Part shown: piece by piece, positions 1 to 11,380 of the stretch
Layout: each line of letters begins with the position of its first letter
Numbering within the stretch: the stretch's first letter is position 1
Source of the DNA: Anthoceros angustus
Lineage: Eukaryota > Plantae > Anthocerotophyta
Reading direction: 5' to 3'
NCBI GenBank assembly: GCA_010909165.1
Contig: MU008207.1
Coordinates: forward strand, 301,983 to 365,982
DNA length: 64,000 nt
Notes under the pieces: model-generated
Database searches by the model: none
Told to the model about the DNA's origin: nothing
What the model saw: the letters and a program-made list of their open reading frames with translations, nothing else
Translations under genes and position numbers: made by a program

Positions 1-609
1 CTGAGAACATGCTATTGTCTTGTGAGGGCCAAAGTGATATGGTGGGATTGATTGCTTTTTTGAATGCCTGCAAAAGCTACGGGGATATAGAGAGGGCGAT
101 GTGGTGTTTTGAAAGCATTGTTAGGCTGGACCCCCAGGAGGCGCCAGCATATGTGATCATGGCCAATGCCTATGCAGATGCAGGTAGGTGGACTGGTGTA
201 GACAGGATTGAAACACAGAGACTGGCAGCAGGAGCTAACAAGAAACCTGCAGTGGCGAGCATTGAGGTGAATAAGCAGATACATAGATTTCTGGTGGGAG
301 AAAGGAGAGGATATTGCGCTTAAGGAAGAGAGCACGAATGCACATCTGAAGCAGCAAGGAGGCCACGCACCTCATACAAAGTTGGTGTTGAGACCACTGT
401 GTGAGAAGGAAAAGGAAGATGCGCTTTGTGGGCATGCTGAGAAGCTGGGACGCCTCTGGTGATAACGAAGAATCTTCGCATGTGCAGCGACTGCCACAGT
501 TCCACAGAGATCATGTCAAATCTTGAACAGAGGGACATTGTTGTAAGGAATGGGTACCGTGTGCATCGGTTCGTGAATGGTTGTTGCAGTTGTAAGGGTC
601 GACCGTTAG
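1..609 (+). pseudogene. 3' end of a PLS-class PPR RNA-editing factor: E domain plus DYW:KP deaminase domain (GRP C-terminus); frameshifted as assembled
   Basis: E-domain text (FLNACKSYGDIERA..AYVIMANAYADAGRW), KKPAVASIEV in place of the PG box (240-269), then in shifted frames GGHAPHTKLVL..DALCGHAEKL (HAE 433-441), KNLRMCSDCH (469-497), VHRFVNGCCSCKGRP (GRP 597-605, TAG at 607-609 one base out of frame). About 12 codons normally between EKL and TPL are absent. Confidence 0.92.
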
Positions 610-1258
610 AAAAATGATAAACTAGCCAGTGTCTCCAGAGAACATTCTTTCTTTTCTTGGGGTTTGTATATGCTTGCTCAACTGCATCCTTGTCCAAGCT
701 GAGACATGGACATACATAGATCGTTTATTTCTTGGGGGTGAACTTAGTTAACCCAAGAGTGTTCGAAGCGTCTCGATTTGAGACTTCAATACTACTGTTC
801 ATTGTGTGTAAAAAAACTAATCGGAATCAAAGCGCGACATCACTGTGGTTTGGTTGCCACCCCAGTCTGATATCCAGCAAAACAGATGTATTCCATGTCG
901 GATATGCTTGTGGGCAGGTTGTACTAAAAACCATGTCAGTAAATAAGCCTTTCTGTGGAACTTATGCACACTTTTTTGAGAGTGCGCCGGTTGTCCAGCG
1001 CACTCTTGCCAAACATATTCTGTCGGGAAAGGACAAAGTGCCAGCATCATGTACAAAACAAAACATAACATATTCAAAACAATTTTAGAGGTCTTTTCAA
1101 GTAGAGTCAAAGATGGGAGATGCACCGGTTGACCAGGGCAGAGCCCCAACTATCTACAAGTCTTGGCTCCCTAGAGGGTCCTCTACATCCACCAAATTAA
1201 CCTCTAAGTCTGGCACCGCTTACATTTTCAAAGCCCCTTCCGTCAACGGTTATCACCT

Positions 1259-1711
1259 TCAACCAAAGTAAAATGTCGGGCCTCTGTTATGCGAGAGACA
1301 GTGTCGCTTTTCATCCCAAATAATCAATGCTAACAGCTCTTCAACTGGCCGGTCGTCTCGAGGTCTGTGGAGTCCTTCATTCTCACCCTTCTTTCCAAGA
1401 AAGTTGTACACTTGCATTTTCCGGTCAATGCTACCATCTGCACAGATCTCCTTTGCCCAAAACTTGCCAGGCCCCCGCAAAAACTTATTTGTTGTAATTT
1501 CTTCGAACTCGTCCGGCAGCCGCTCTAACCCGTTGACTCTTTGGGACATATACATTGTGCATTGCGCGTCTTTGTCTATGGCCACAACGTTCCTTTTCCG
1601 CTCGATGTCTGCAACCAAAAATGACCCTGATCCCGCATAGGTGTCAACAACCCGGTTGCCTTCACTGGAGAACATGTTCACCAACATGCCCAATAACCCC
1701 AAAGGTTTGTG
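1259..1711 (-). pseudogene. C-terminal half of a beta-class DNA amino-methyltransferase (N6_N4_Mtase-like), 5'-truncated
   Basis: KPLGLLGMLVNMFSSEGNRVVDTYAGSGSFLVADIERKRNVVAIDKD fits the motif X-I-II pattern KP..L...LI...S..GD.VLDPF.GSGT..AA....R..IG.E. The upstream catalytic (D/S)PPY half is replaced by a Copia fragment. Confidence 0.72.
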
Positions 1712-2323
1712 AGGGGAGGTTGCCTATACGATTTTGGGCTGAAGCGGTGCAAGTTTCAACATACCTCCAAAACTGAACTGTTGTTTCTTCTCTGCAAGGA
1801 CTAACCCCCTTTGAAGCGTGGACGGGATCGAAGCCCGATTTGTCCCATCTTCGAAGTATTGAGTGAGTAGCATCGTCGCTACGCCACAAATTTAAACGAA
1901 TCTAAGAGACACATCTTCATTGGCTACACAGCAGGAATACACGGGTACAAGCATTTTGAACCTACCTCTCGCAGAGTTGTGCATGCTCGAACAGTTGCAT
2001 TCGATGAAGAGTCTGTTTTGAAGCCACCAGATCCAGCCTGTATAGACCCTGTTAGTGTTCTTGAGTCTGAATCTGTTGAGCTGGATATACATGAAGATGT
2101 TTCTTCTGGTGGAGATGGTGTTGTTGATGTTGTTGATTTTCCCAGTTTTGATCCATCCTATGCTGATCCTGTTCTTGGGACTCCCTCTGTCTTAGATCTA
2201 GTTCCACCCATCCATGCTCCTGGTCCAGCCCTTGTTAATGCCCCTTTCTTATTACCTGAGGCCGAAGATATGCCCGACATTGTTGATCCTGTATCCACTA
2301 CTACACATCGGGTGTTTTTATGA
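1712..2323 (+). mobile_element. pol: Copia integrase C-terminal fragment (no LTR)
   Basis: LPIRFWAEAVQVSTYLQN, LTPFEAWTGSKPDLSHLR, KRHIFIGYTAGIHGYKHFEP..RVVHARTVAFDEE. Confidence 0.88.
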
Positions 2324-2329
2324 CGGGAG

Positions 2330-4165
2330 CAGTACAACGTGGGGTGCTTCGGTAAAGAACCAAGCTCCACGAAGGTCTCCTTCACCGGCGAGACAGTTGG
2401 TGTATTGCTTAATTTGTCATCAGACGGGGCACACCAACAGGGAATGTATTCGTGCACCACGGCATGCTGTGAATCATGTGGAAACCGTCATGCCCGGGGA
2501 CTATTGGTATGTGGATGAAGCTTACCAGGTGCAAGCAGACACTGGAAGTCGGCCACCTCAATCAATGAGGGCGACTTACCAACCTACTACACCAGTTCCC
2601 TCGAGGTATGCATCGCGACCGACATCACCGGGGCCATGGAGACCGGATGCATCACAAAGGCCGATGACAATTCCGCAGGGATGTTGTTATAATTGCGGAG
2701 CACTCGGACACTACTTAAACGATTGCCCAAAACCTCGAAAGCAAGTGGGTTATGTGCCCTTTTGTCAGGTATGCAAGGATTTGGGGCATAAAATGGGAGA
2801 TCCCAGGTGTTCGGGAGTGGCGCGAGTGGCACCAACGCGATCAGGGGCCAGGTTCACGGAGCCTGTGACAGAGGAAACACGAACCAACCCCGAAACCGCG
2901 ATTACAGTGACCACGACGCCCGTGCTGAAGGTGGAGGCGGAATACGACGTTCTCGACGAACCTAGTGTAACATCAGGAAATGTGGAAGAGGGGTATGAAG
3001 GAGAGATGAGCGCGGATGAAGAGTTGATGGTGGCCAAGGTGACCACCAGGTCGGAGCGGCAGGAGAAAGGTCAAAGGTCGGGAAAAGGGCGCGACCAGGA
3101 GGAAAGGAAGCGGAGGAAGGTGAGGGATGACTCCCCTTGGCCTCCCGGAGCAGCTGGCTGGTGTCCAGCCTCAAGAGCAGGAGGAATGGGCCACCCTCAC
3201 CAACGCAGGCAGGCACTACCAGCTGTAGTTTGGCACCCCTGGTAGGCGGGCTACCACGGTGCGGCCCAGAGGAAGGGGAAGGAAGGAGGAACGGACCGCA
3301 TTTCCTCCCGATATCAGCCGCAAAGTGGCGGCAATGCTAGAGGAGGAGCTGAATAGACTCATCCAGCGTGTGAAGAAGAAGGTAGCGGAGCAAGAAGTCG
3401 TTGATCCACCGGGTATGGAGTCCCACCCGACAGGAGGGACCATAGATTCGGGAAGTTTACCAATAAGGTCGGAGGTGACCAGCGTCAGGGCTGCAAACGG
3501 GGAGGAAGATTTGTTAGATAAGATCTCCGGGTAACGCGCATTGCTTGACCCGAATTTGTAGTCGACTTGAGATTTATGCGTCCAAGATCCCGCAAGATTG
3601 TAAAGGAAGCGATCAGGGGAATCCCTGAGGCTATGGGGACGAGGAAGCGGCCGGTGGAGGTAAATGTGGTCGAACTTGTTGATTTGGGGGCACCCGAAAT
3701 TGAAGTTGAAATTGCAGGATGCTTGGTGCCCAATGTGCCATTGGATTCGGGATTGGGAGTCAACTTGATGACGGAGGAGACAGCTCATCAGCTTGGATTC
3801 ACTGAGTTTCACCCGGCCCGAGTGTTTTTGCGGATGGCCGACCAAACGAGGAGGAAGCCGAGTGTTGAGAAACATACCAATCGCTGATTGGGGTCTCACC
3901 TTCCACCTTACCTACATGAGGCCGTCGGATTTAGGCTACAAGGTTTTGATAGGCAGGCCTTGGTCGTATGGTATTACGTGTCTTTGATTTGATCATGACA
4001 TCACGTTTAAGTCGAGTAGGGTAGAACCTGCTGAGTTCGCTTTATGTCATGGAGCAAGGCTTCCTATGAGGGGGAGTCTGCGCTACAGTCTGATGGGTAC
4101 ACCTCAGGTAGCACGGGGGTAAGCTCCTCGAGCAGTGACCGAGCTTACCGGGGACCTTCAGTAAC
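2330..4165 (+). mobile_element. gag: Gypsy gag (three CCHC-type knuckles) plus aspartic protease fragment, related to G1
   Basis: CLICHQTGHTNREC, CYNCGALGHYLNDC, CQVCKDLGH; protease VPLDSGLGVNLM; closely similar to 35900-38000 on the minus strand. Confidence 0.88.
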
Positions 4166-4644
4166 GTGAATCTTTACCGGGACTTACTGTCAAAGCCATC
4201 AATTAGGGTTGCATGCTGGGGGCTCGGTTCTTGTATGCATGTGCGATTACATTTCCATTTGCAGGCTGGACAATGGCCTGCCGGAGAAGGCCGGTGTCAA
4301 AGGGCGTGCGCACTGGAGATCCCTCAGCCTTGTCATCAGATTGCATTCAAGTTTTTGTGTTTGGAGTTCGGCCTTCACAAGTACTGTGATCCTATTGGGC
4401 GCGATGGTCTCAAGTATGTACGGTCTAACTTTGATGAAAAGGGTTTCCGAGAACAAAGACGATTGTGCTGCACTTTCTGCAGAGGTATTCGAAGTGAACG
4501 GATTGCACAACCAGCCCACTGCTAGCCGCGATGAGACACGGTGCAAATCGAAGTCCAACTTTGTACAAGCCTGAGACGGGCGGAATTAAATTCCGATATC
4601 ATATCACAGTCGGAGAGGCGCCACAGCTAAAACCACGTCGCCTT

Positions 4645-4830
4645 GACCTCTAATTCGGTCAATCTCTTCGTTAAAGCCTCCACTTGTCCAGCAATTCCGC
4701 CTCCTGTTGTGGATGTCTCTCCTTTCTCCATTCGACGAACCGTCTTCCCTTCCTCTCCTTCTCCAACGCGCGTTCCGCCTCTTCCTGTCTCTTCTTGACC
4801 TTCTCCAGGTCCTTCTTCATTCGCAGCTTG
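4645..4830 (-). mobile_element. gag: Short G1-like gag fragment, inverted relative to 2330-4165
   Basis: KKRQEEAERALEKERKGRR also occurs at about 38060-38130 (minus). Confidence 0.75.
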
Positions 4831-5027
4831 TGGCGCGACTTTTCGCGGACGGCCAGCCGGGCGCGCACGATCCCGTGTCGTTGTAGTAAGGGGTCCGCAC
4901 CCAAGAGAATGATGGGCTCCGTTTGTCGCGTTTCAATCGTTTCGGACCGTTTCGAACTCCAACACCTACGTTTATCGTTTCCGCTACTATCTACTCGTGA
5001 TGTCCAAGCAAGGCGGTGAGGCCAAAA

Positions 5028-5780
5028 GTTTAAGGACTCGTTCGCGTCCGTATCATTCCAATCTGTCCCTCGTACTTCTAGTCCGTCCCTCTTACCACTC
5101 TCGCTACACTCATCTAAAATCACTCACGCCAAAATCTCCACATCTCTCGCAACACTCAATGTCCTTTGGAAAAAATGGGCGGGCTACGTGGTCCAGACCT
5201 CCTCCGTCGTTCACCGGGCCTCTCCGTCCGGGCTCTACACGCCCTCCCAGAGTTCCTCCGGCTCAACCGTTCCGGTCCACCCAACGTCGGTTCACTGCTC
5301 TGGACGAGTAAGGGTCCCCGGTCGTTCGTCCCTGCACACACCACCACACGTTAGGGTCCGTCACGAGGACCTGGATCTCTCCGGAGCTATCGTGCCTGCT
5401 CAGTGACCTAGGACTCACGTTAGCAAGAAGACGCACAAGGGTCTGCAAGGAAACGCGGCATCAACACCAAGAGAAGATACTTTACTAGGGCAGCCTCAGC
5501 CCTCTTATACTACGCCCAAGGTCGTCGTCTTTATTACACTCCTATTATTTGGTGGCCATTTCGGTGGTTCAGGCCGCCTACTATCTCCTTATTCCGCCCT
5601 ATCTATGCCGTCGGTGTGGGTTGCTCTGGTTCATACCTAGCGTGGCCATATACGACAATTGCGGTGCACCCAATCGGATGATCCGCGGGCCTACCTCCTC
5701 GAGACTCTCTCGAGCTACGGCGGCACGACAGCGATCACCACCAAGTCCTCCTCCCTCCTCTCTTGCCATGGTGGGCCCTC
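5028..5780 (-). mobile_element. Diverged 3' part of a G2-family LTR with an adjacent PBS-like motif (5012-5024)
   Basis: Reverse complement aligns blockwise with 50460-51140 (e.g. cttatactacgcccaag, gcggcatcaacaccaagaga, ctcacgttagcaag, caatcggatgatccg). Confidence 0.75.
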
Positions 5781-6877
5781 GTCAGGGCCTCTAAGAGATG
5801 GTGTCATGAAAGACAAAGCACTGTGTGGGACATGGGAGAATCCCGGCAGTATACTGGATGAGTCCCAATTCCGCCATACTCGGGACTGTCCCACCTACAA
5901 TTGAGCAGCGGACGACTCGAGGTAAGGAAGAGTGTTTACTGAATGAAAGGAGCATATGGACACAATATTCTATTATGGATATTTGCAGAATATGCTAGTA
6001 TAGAAATTCCCTATTTTTAGGACATAAGTGATCAGCTCATTATCAGCCAAGTAGACATGCTAAATAAGCATGTTGGTTGCAAACCGTAAGTTAGAGGACG
6101 GGTTGGCCAAACCGCAGTTGTAGTTAGCGTGCAAACGTGGGAGAAGGGCGCCAAGGCGGATGCGCAGAATGATGGAAAGGCGCTAAACGCCGGTGAGAGG
6201 TGCGCAAACGTGGGCTGGGCGTGAAGATGGCGCTACCGGAGCAAAGATAAGTGGAGGATTAGGGTCATTAGCAGGTTGTTGAAGTCGCGCGCGTGGCATA
6301 GGGGAGCAATCCAAGACCCTTCTTATGCGAAAACAACTGAATGCAATCTTGAATGGAAGCTTAGATTTAGAGCGTGTTTTTGAGCAACGGGATGCTGTGT
6401 GCAGGTGTTGGTGTGATTTTCCAACTCGTAATCGCGCAAACTGCGTGATCCCTCTTCAATGCTAGACAGCATGCTGCAAGCAATGCTGTCCACTTGTTCA
6501 CTTCAACAACTCCTCTCTTGGAAGCATGGAGCCTAGGGGAGACAGCGCAGCAGCAGCGCCGCCAAGCATCTACAGCGAGTAAGCCAGCCTCAAGACACCC
6601 AGCATTGGGTCATGAGCCATTGTTGGTGAGTGCAGGCGGTGACAACAAATATTCAAGTCTGTTGTCCCCAGGGACACCAGTGATTTATTGAGGATTCCAT
6701 CCGTGTTTTTCATTTCGATGGATTTTGTTTGTTCCCATTCGGATCCTTTTTGGGTGAATTTTAGGTTGAAGGCACCTGCTCTCCGTGCACCTTGTTATCA
6801 ATTCGAGGAGGATTTGACCATTCATTGTCTCGTGTTGCTGATTTTTGCGGAGAGTGACCACCTTTGTGTTGGCTTTC

Positions 6878-8087
6878 ATGGGTGATGCACCCACGAGTGA
6901 GACCAACGCCACCGACTCAACCCGGGACATTCCCAGCGATTACTCTGGCGAGTGCAGGGCAAGGAGGAGGTGGGCAGCCGAGGAGCGGCGGTGGCGAGAA
7001 GGGACGTTGAGGCGATTCGCCTCCAACACCTCGGCCAGCCACAAGTCCCTGCAGCCTAATTGGTCACCCTTGTCACTGCAAATTTCGCTTGGGGCGTCAA
7101 GCAATTCTGATTCAGAACAGCAGCAAGAGCATCCAGCGCCTGCTAGGAGCATCTCTTTCCCGGGACAGTCCAGAATAGTACCAGACGGATCCAGCCGACA
7201 TTTCGGAGACGGGGCCCAATGATTATTCGATTCGAGACACCATGGAGGGAGGAGGACCATCATACAGACATGAGAGATTCTCGGGAAGGCCAGGTACTCA
7301 GACATTGCGAGATTTCAAGCTGTTTATCAATGGCATGATCAGTAAGTGAAGTTCAAACATGGTTCTGCAATCATTTATACATGTTTGAGCGATTGGTGGT
7401 ACCTAGCGAGATGAGGCTTTGGACCTATGAGGCGCACGTGGATCTCGCCGTGGCTACGCCTAATCCTCTTTTTCCGAGTGCTTTGCAGTTAGCCTACAAT
7501 GCTAAACTGGCCACGGCAATCAATGCTCACCAGGCAAGCATTGCTACTGGAACTATCGCTGCTACTGTACAACCACCTACGGTTGTTAGCTTGACTGCAG
7601 CAGAGAGGTTGGCGGCCACAGTAGGGGTGGATGAGCACATCTTGACACCTAAGCACACCAATCCGGTGGAGGTGTTCATGGGGATTCTGGAGAAAGCCTT
7701 TCCGCTGAAGACTCCTGAAAAAATTGCAAAGCTTGCATCCTTTGTACGCAAGAAAGGAGAGACATGCATATGACTTTTCGGAGGTTGCAAAAGTGCGTGA
7801 AGGTACGTCATGTGCATCGGGGAGGCGCAGTACAGCGGCATTGGAGGGACTCCTTGTTCCATTTTCAGCTCATCACTTCTCTAGTGGATAAGTATGGTGA
7901 TGACTATACTTTGAGCAGTGCATGAAGAGGCGGGCGCAAGATTGCCTTCTGCGTATGCCTCCCGCCACTCCAAGGCTTTTTCTCACTATCAAAGCATGTT
8001 CACCAGCAAAGGAACGACACCGGGAAGTGGGAGTACAGGATCAGCAAGGGCAGTCCCGGCTAAGCCAGCCAAGGCAGGGGCTGCAGC
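6878..8087 (+). mobile_element. gag: Degenerate Gypsy-type gag-like ORF (G4), ending at the Copia A LTR
   Basis: VFMGILEKAFPLKTPEKIAKLASFVRKKGET resembles the retrotransposon gag capsid C-terminal motif; several stops and frameshifts. Confidence 0.55.
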
Positions 8088-8323
8088 TAAAAGCTAAGAG
8101 AATAGCTATGGCAGGATCAACATGAGAGAGCCAAAGTGACCAAGAGCACAAGCGGAGAGCACAAGAAGCAAAGCGTATGTGAGGAAAAAGGTTTATTGAT
8201 TAATGGAAAGAAACTATCTTATACAAAAAAGGCGAACGGTTATTTAACCGTCAGAAAATGCAAAACTACTTTAAGCGGTTCATAGTTGTAACATAACATA
8301 ACGCTTTTAGGCTATTTCTAATA
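8088..8323 (-). repeat. Copia A 3' LTR (TA...TA ends)
   Basis: Direct repeat of 17367-17601; abuts the PPT reverse complement ctcccactta. Confidence 0.93.
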
Positions 8324-8502
8324 CTCCCACTTAGTTGAAGCATGTTTGATCAAAAGGAAATTAAAGCTGATAAATTACCTGTGGTGCTAGCTGTGACAAA
8401 GTACAAATGATGGGTGCACGGTAACATGCCAAACGTGACACTCTCACTCTCGCTTCACTTCAACTTGCCAATTACTCCCCAACGCCCGCTATAACTAGAG
8501 CT

Positions 8503-9006
8503 ATGGCATCCTTGAGTGCCATTGAGCTCATGTCTCTTGTGATCACAGTCTTCTCCCTCGCAATCCTTTGCGCCTGGATATCTTCATCTCCAAGCAGGTG
8601 TGCCCATCAACGTCTTGTGTGGTCGACAATGGACGACGTAACACAAGGCTGATACTGGGTGAGAGAGTGGATTCGATTCAGGAAATTCTCGAAAGCGTCT
8701 TGTCTTCATGCAATGCATTGTCGACTCTAACATAGTCTCCTTGAGTCTCAAGTTGCGGTCCCTGTTCCGGTGATAGTTGAGCGAAAGCATGAAGACTCAA
8801 AACTTGACGACAAGGCGTCCCTCGAAGAGTGTCTGCTGCGCCGTGACTTTCACAAGATGGCACAGAAGAGAACACAAGGAAAAAGGAGGCATAGTAGGGG
8901 TGGCCACAGGCCTACTCCAGAAGAGATCTTAGCTTACGAAATCCCTCTTCCGGTGGATTACGATGGCGAGGTCTACATGGAGAAAGAGTGGGGCACAAGC
9001 ACCTAA
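8503..9006 (+). pseudogene. Antisense extra ORF remnant in the Copia A 3' region, hydrophobic N-terminus
   Basis: ATG at 8503 gives MASLSAIELMSLVITVFSLAILCAWISSS..; a later frame gives ..LEECLLRRDFHKMAQKRTQGKRRH..EKEWGTST*. Confidence 0.4.
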
Positions 9007-9819
9007 GTCGCTAAGGGTGTGAAGAAAAGCGAGGAAGAGAGGCGAAGAAACACAGAGCCACATATGCGGAGGCGGTGTGGGTCTGCGTGTGGTGACTTAT
9101 AAGTTATGTTGAGAGTCATTGTTTACAAGGGAAGTAATGATCATCCCCGTGGGTTTGTAGCTTTAACAGAGGAGTTTGCCAAGGCCGATAAGGCCAGAGA
9201 AGACCTGGTGAGACACTCAAAACACAACAAACTCAGATTAGAAAAGCAAACCCGAGCTAATGAAATGCCCTTATAGTAGCAGTGAGGATCTCGCAAATAC
9301 CGTGACGATGTTTTTTATGTAATGGTTTTGACAAGGCCTTAGTGAAAGGTTCAAACATTGTCCATGATAGGAACATACGACATAATTACCTCTCCCGGCC
9401 TATTTGGGAATAAAGTTGTGGTGGGAGGTTCGGGACCCCGGAACCCTCACCATGGCCACTTATCACTTGTCGGTTCGTCGGTGGGGTTTCGTTCCACGAA
9501 GGGTGGAGCCCTTCCCTTGCGGATGGAGGTGCGCCCTCACGGCCCGACCTCTCGACTCTCGACTCCGTGCAGGCGCCCGGTGACTAGCGCCCCTCCTACC
9601 ACCACGGTGACCCACCCTCGGTAAGTCACACTACCCTCGCGCGATGACTCGTCGGCGCGGACCTCGTCATGAGAGCCCTGTCTGCGGCCACCTTGGGACC
9701 CCAAATCACCGTCTGATGGGCAATCCTCCCACCGGTAGCAGTTCCTACACTCCCTAAGACCCTTCTCATGACAAATTTGGGGCCGCCCCTCAAGCTCTTC
9801 ACACCCTTGAAATTCACCT

Positions 9820-10050
9820 TCCCTCTCTTTTCTAGGTTTCTTCCTCCTCTCTTCTCTTTTTGTCTTTTCTCTTTTCTCTCTTGCTCCTTCTCCTCTCTTG
9901 CTCCCTATCCTCTCTAGCTCCTCTCTAGTCCTCTCTCGCTCTCACTCTCTCGCTCTCACTCTCTCGCTCTCTCTCTCTTTTCTTTTCTCTTTTCTCTCTT
10001 TTCTCCTCTCTTCTCCTCTCTTCTCTAATCTACCTCTTCCACTCTTCCTA
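9820..10050. repeat. CT-rich degenerate microsatellite in G3
   Basis: Long polypyrimidine (ct)n/(ctt)n tract. Confidence 0.9.
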
Positions 10051-10516
10051 GCTAACTATCTACAGGCCCCTCACAGCCTCCCAGCCAGCGCCTCGGATCA
10101 TAGGGCATTGCCCTCACGGACCTAGGCGGACATTTGGGCTGCAAGTGGCGTCCGCGTCTTTGGATTTTGCTAGGGGTCTTCCCTTACCGATCGCCGCTGC
10201 AACAACAATGCTCCCTCACGCTCGAGCGCTACCCGGTACCTCCGGAAAGAAAGGTTTGGGCCCGCCCTCACCGTCACCGCACCTCAAGACCCTACGGACA
10301 CCATGCACCCTCACACGGTCGGCCGCGCTTGTGTAGCAAGACAAGCACACAGTCGGGAGGCAAGGCATGACATTTTATTATAGCTCCTCCCCTCTTATAG
10401 GAGCTCCCCAAACCTAGCATTAATTAAGTGCGGTGGGGTAGGTGGGGTTGCTTACGGTTTTAAGTAGGTGGCCTCTTAAAGGTTCTTAACCTACCTCCTA
10501 ACAATCCCACTAACCC

Positions 10517-11380
10517 CTAGGGTCTTAATGACCCATTCACTCCCCTACCAACTATTTGCCTACTTCTTCTTGGTGTTGGCATGGCGGGCACCACCATCTT
10601 CCTCCTCTTGGCTTGGGGTGTCCCTGTCAGGATCTCTTCACTCGTCGTCGCGGGAACCTCCACACTGTCTCGGCGATGTTGGCTATTGGCGGTGGGCGCC
10701 ACCCCTCTTGCGGGCGCTCTTGTAGAGCCTTGGCCTCTCTGTCGCCATCTGTCGGCCGCGCAATTACCTCAGGCGGTTGGGTGTTGGTGCGGCTCTCCCG
10801 CGACACCCCACCAACTCTACCGGCTGAAATCTCTTCCTCTTCCATTGGCTCCTCCCACAGCCTTACGCATCCATTTCACTCTCCAAGTCACAGATCTCGA
10901 GTTGAGGGTGCAATTCTTCCAAAATCTCCATCGTCATGGGGACCCAACAACTTCCTTGTCAACAAGGCGCATCTCCTTGGCGAACTTGTTGACCCTAGCA
11001 TGTAAGTGGACACGCATCTCACGGCCCTTCAAACAAATCTCATCAAATTCCTCGGGCCACTCTCACGAGGCTATCTTACCATAGCGCATCCCTCTCAGCG
11101 TCACCTCACTCAAGCGAAGGCATAAAGTGACATTCTCGGCACATCTCTCTTCCATGCCTCCGTGTATCCCATGCATCAGCACTGGCGTTGCTTCACGGCG
11201 ACCACATCGATGCATCATTTTCCTCCGGTGGGCTACCTCTTCCTTCCACGTTGGTACCTCCGTTGCTTGCTTCATGAGCTCCTCACGCTCCTTACTCCAT
11301 GTGGCTGTCCTCCCTCCGGCTCCTTGAGTTTGGCCTCCGATTCTTCATTCTTGGCGGCCTCGGCCTCCCCCCTCTACATA
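10517..11380 (-). pseudogene. ORF remnant in U3 of solo LTR G3, unknown product
   Basis: Long, mostly in-frame run MKQATEVPTWKEEVAHRRKMM..EWPEEFDEICLKGREMRVHLHARVNKFAKEMRLVDKEVVG..RFWKNCTLNSR with isolated stops. Confidence 0.5.

Noticed and set aside
615-790. Helitron 3' end (CTAG plus hairpin)
   Set aside because: The hairpins are over 100 bp from the CTAG, which is the wrong spacing.
4166-4640. Overlapping ~100 aa ORFs, possible host exon
   Set aside because: No recognisable domain or clear splice structure; left unassigned.
5900-6870. Possible LTR and leader of the G4 gag
   Set aside because: No PBS, second copy or defined ends found.
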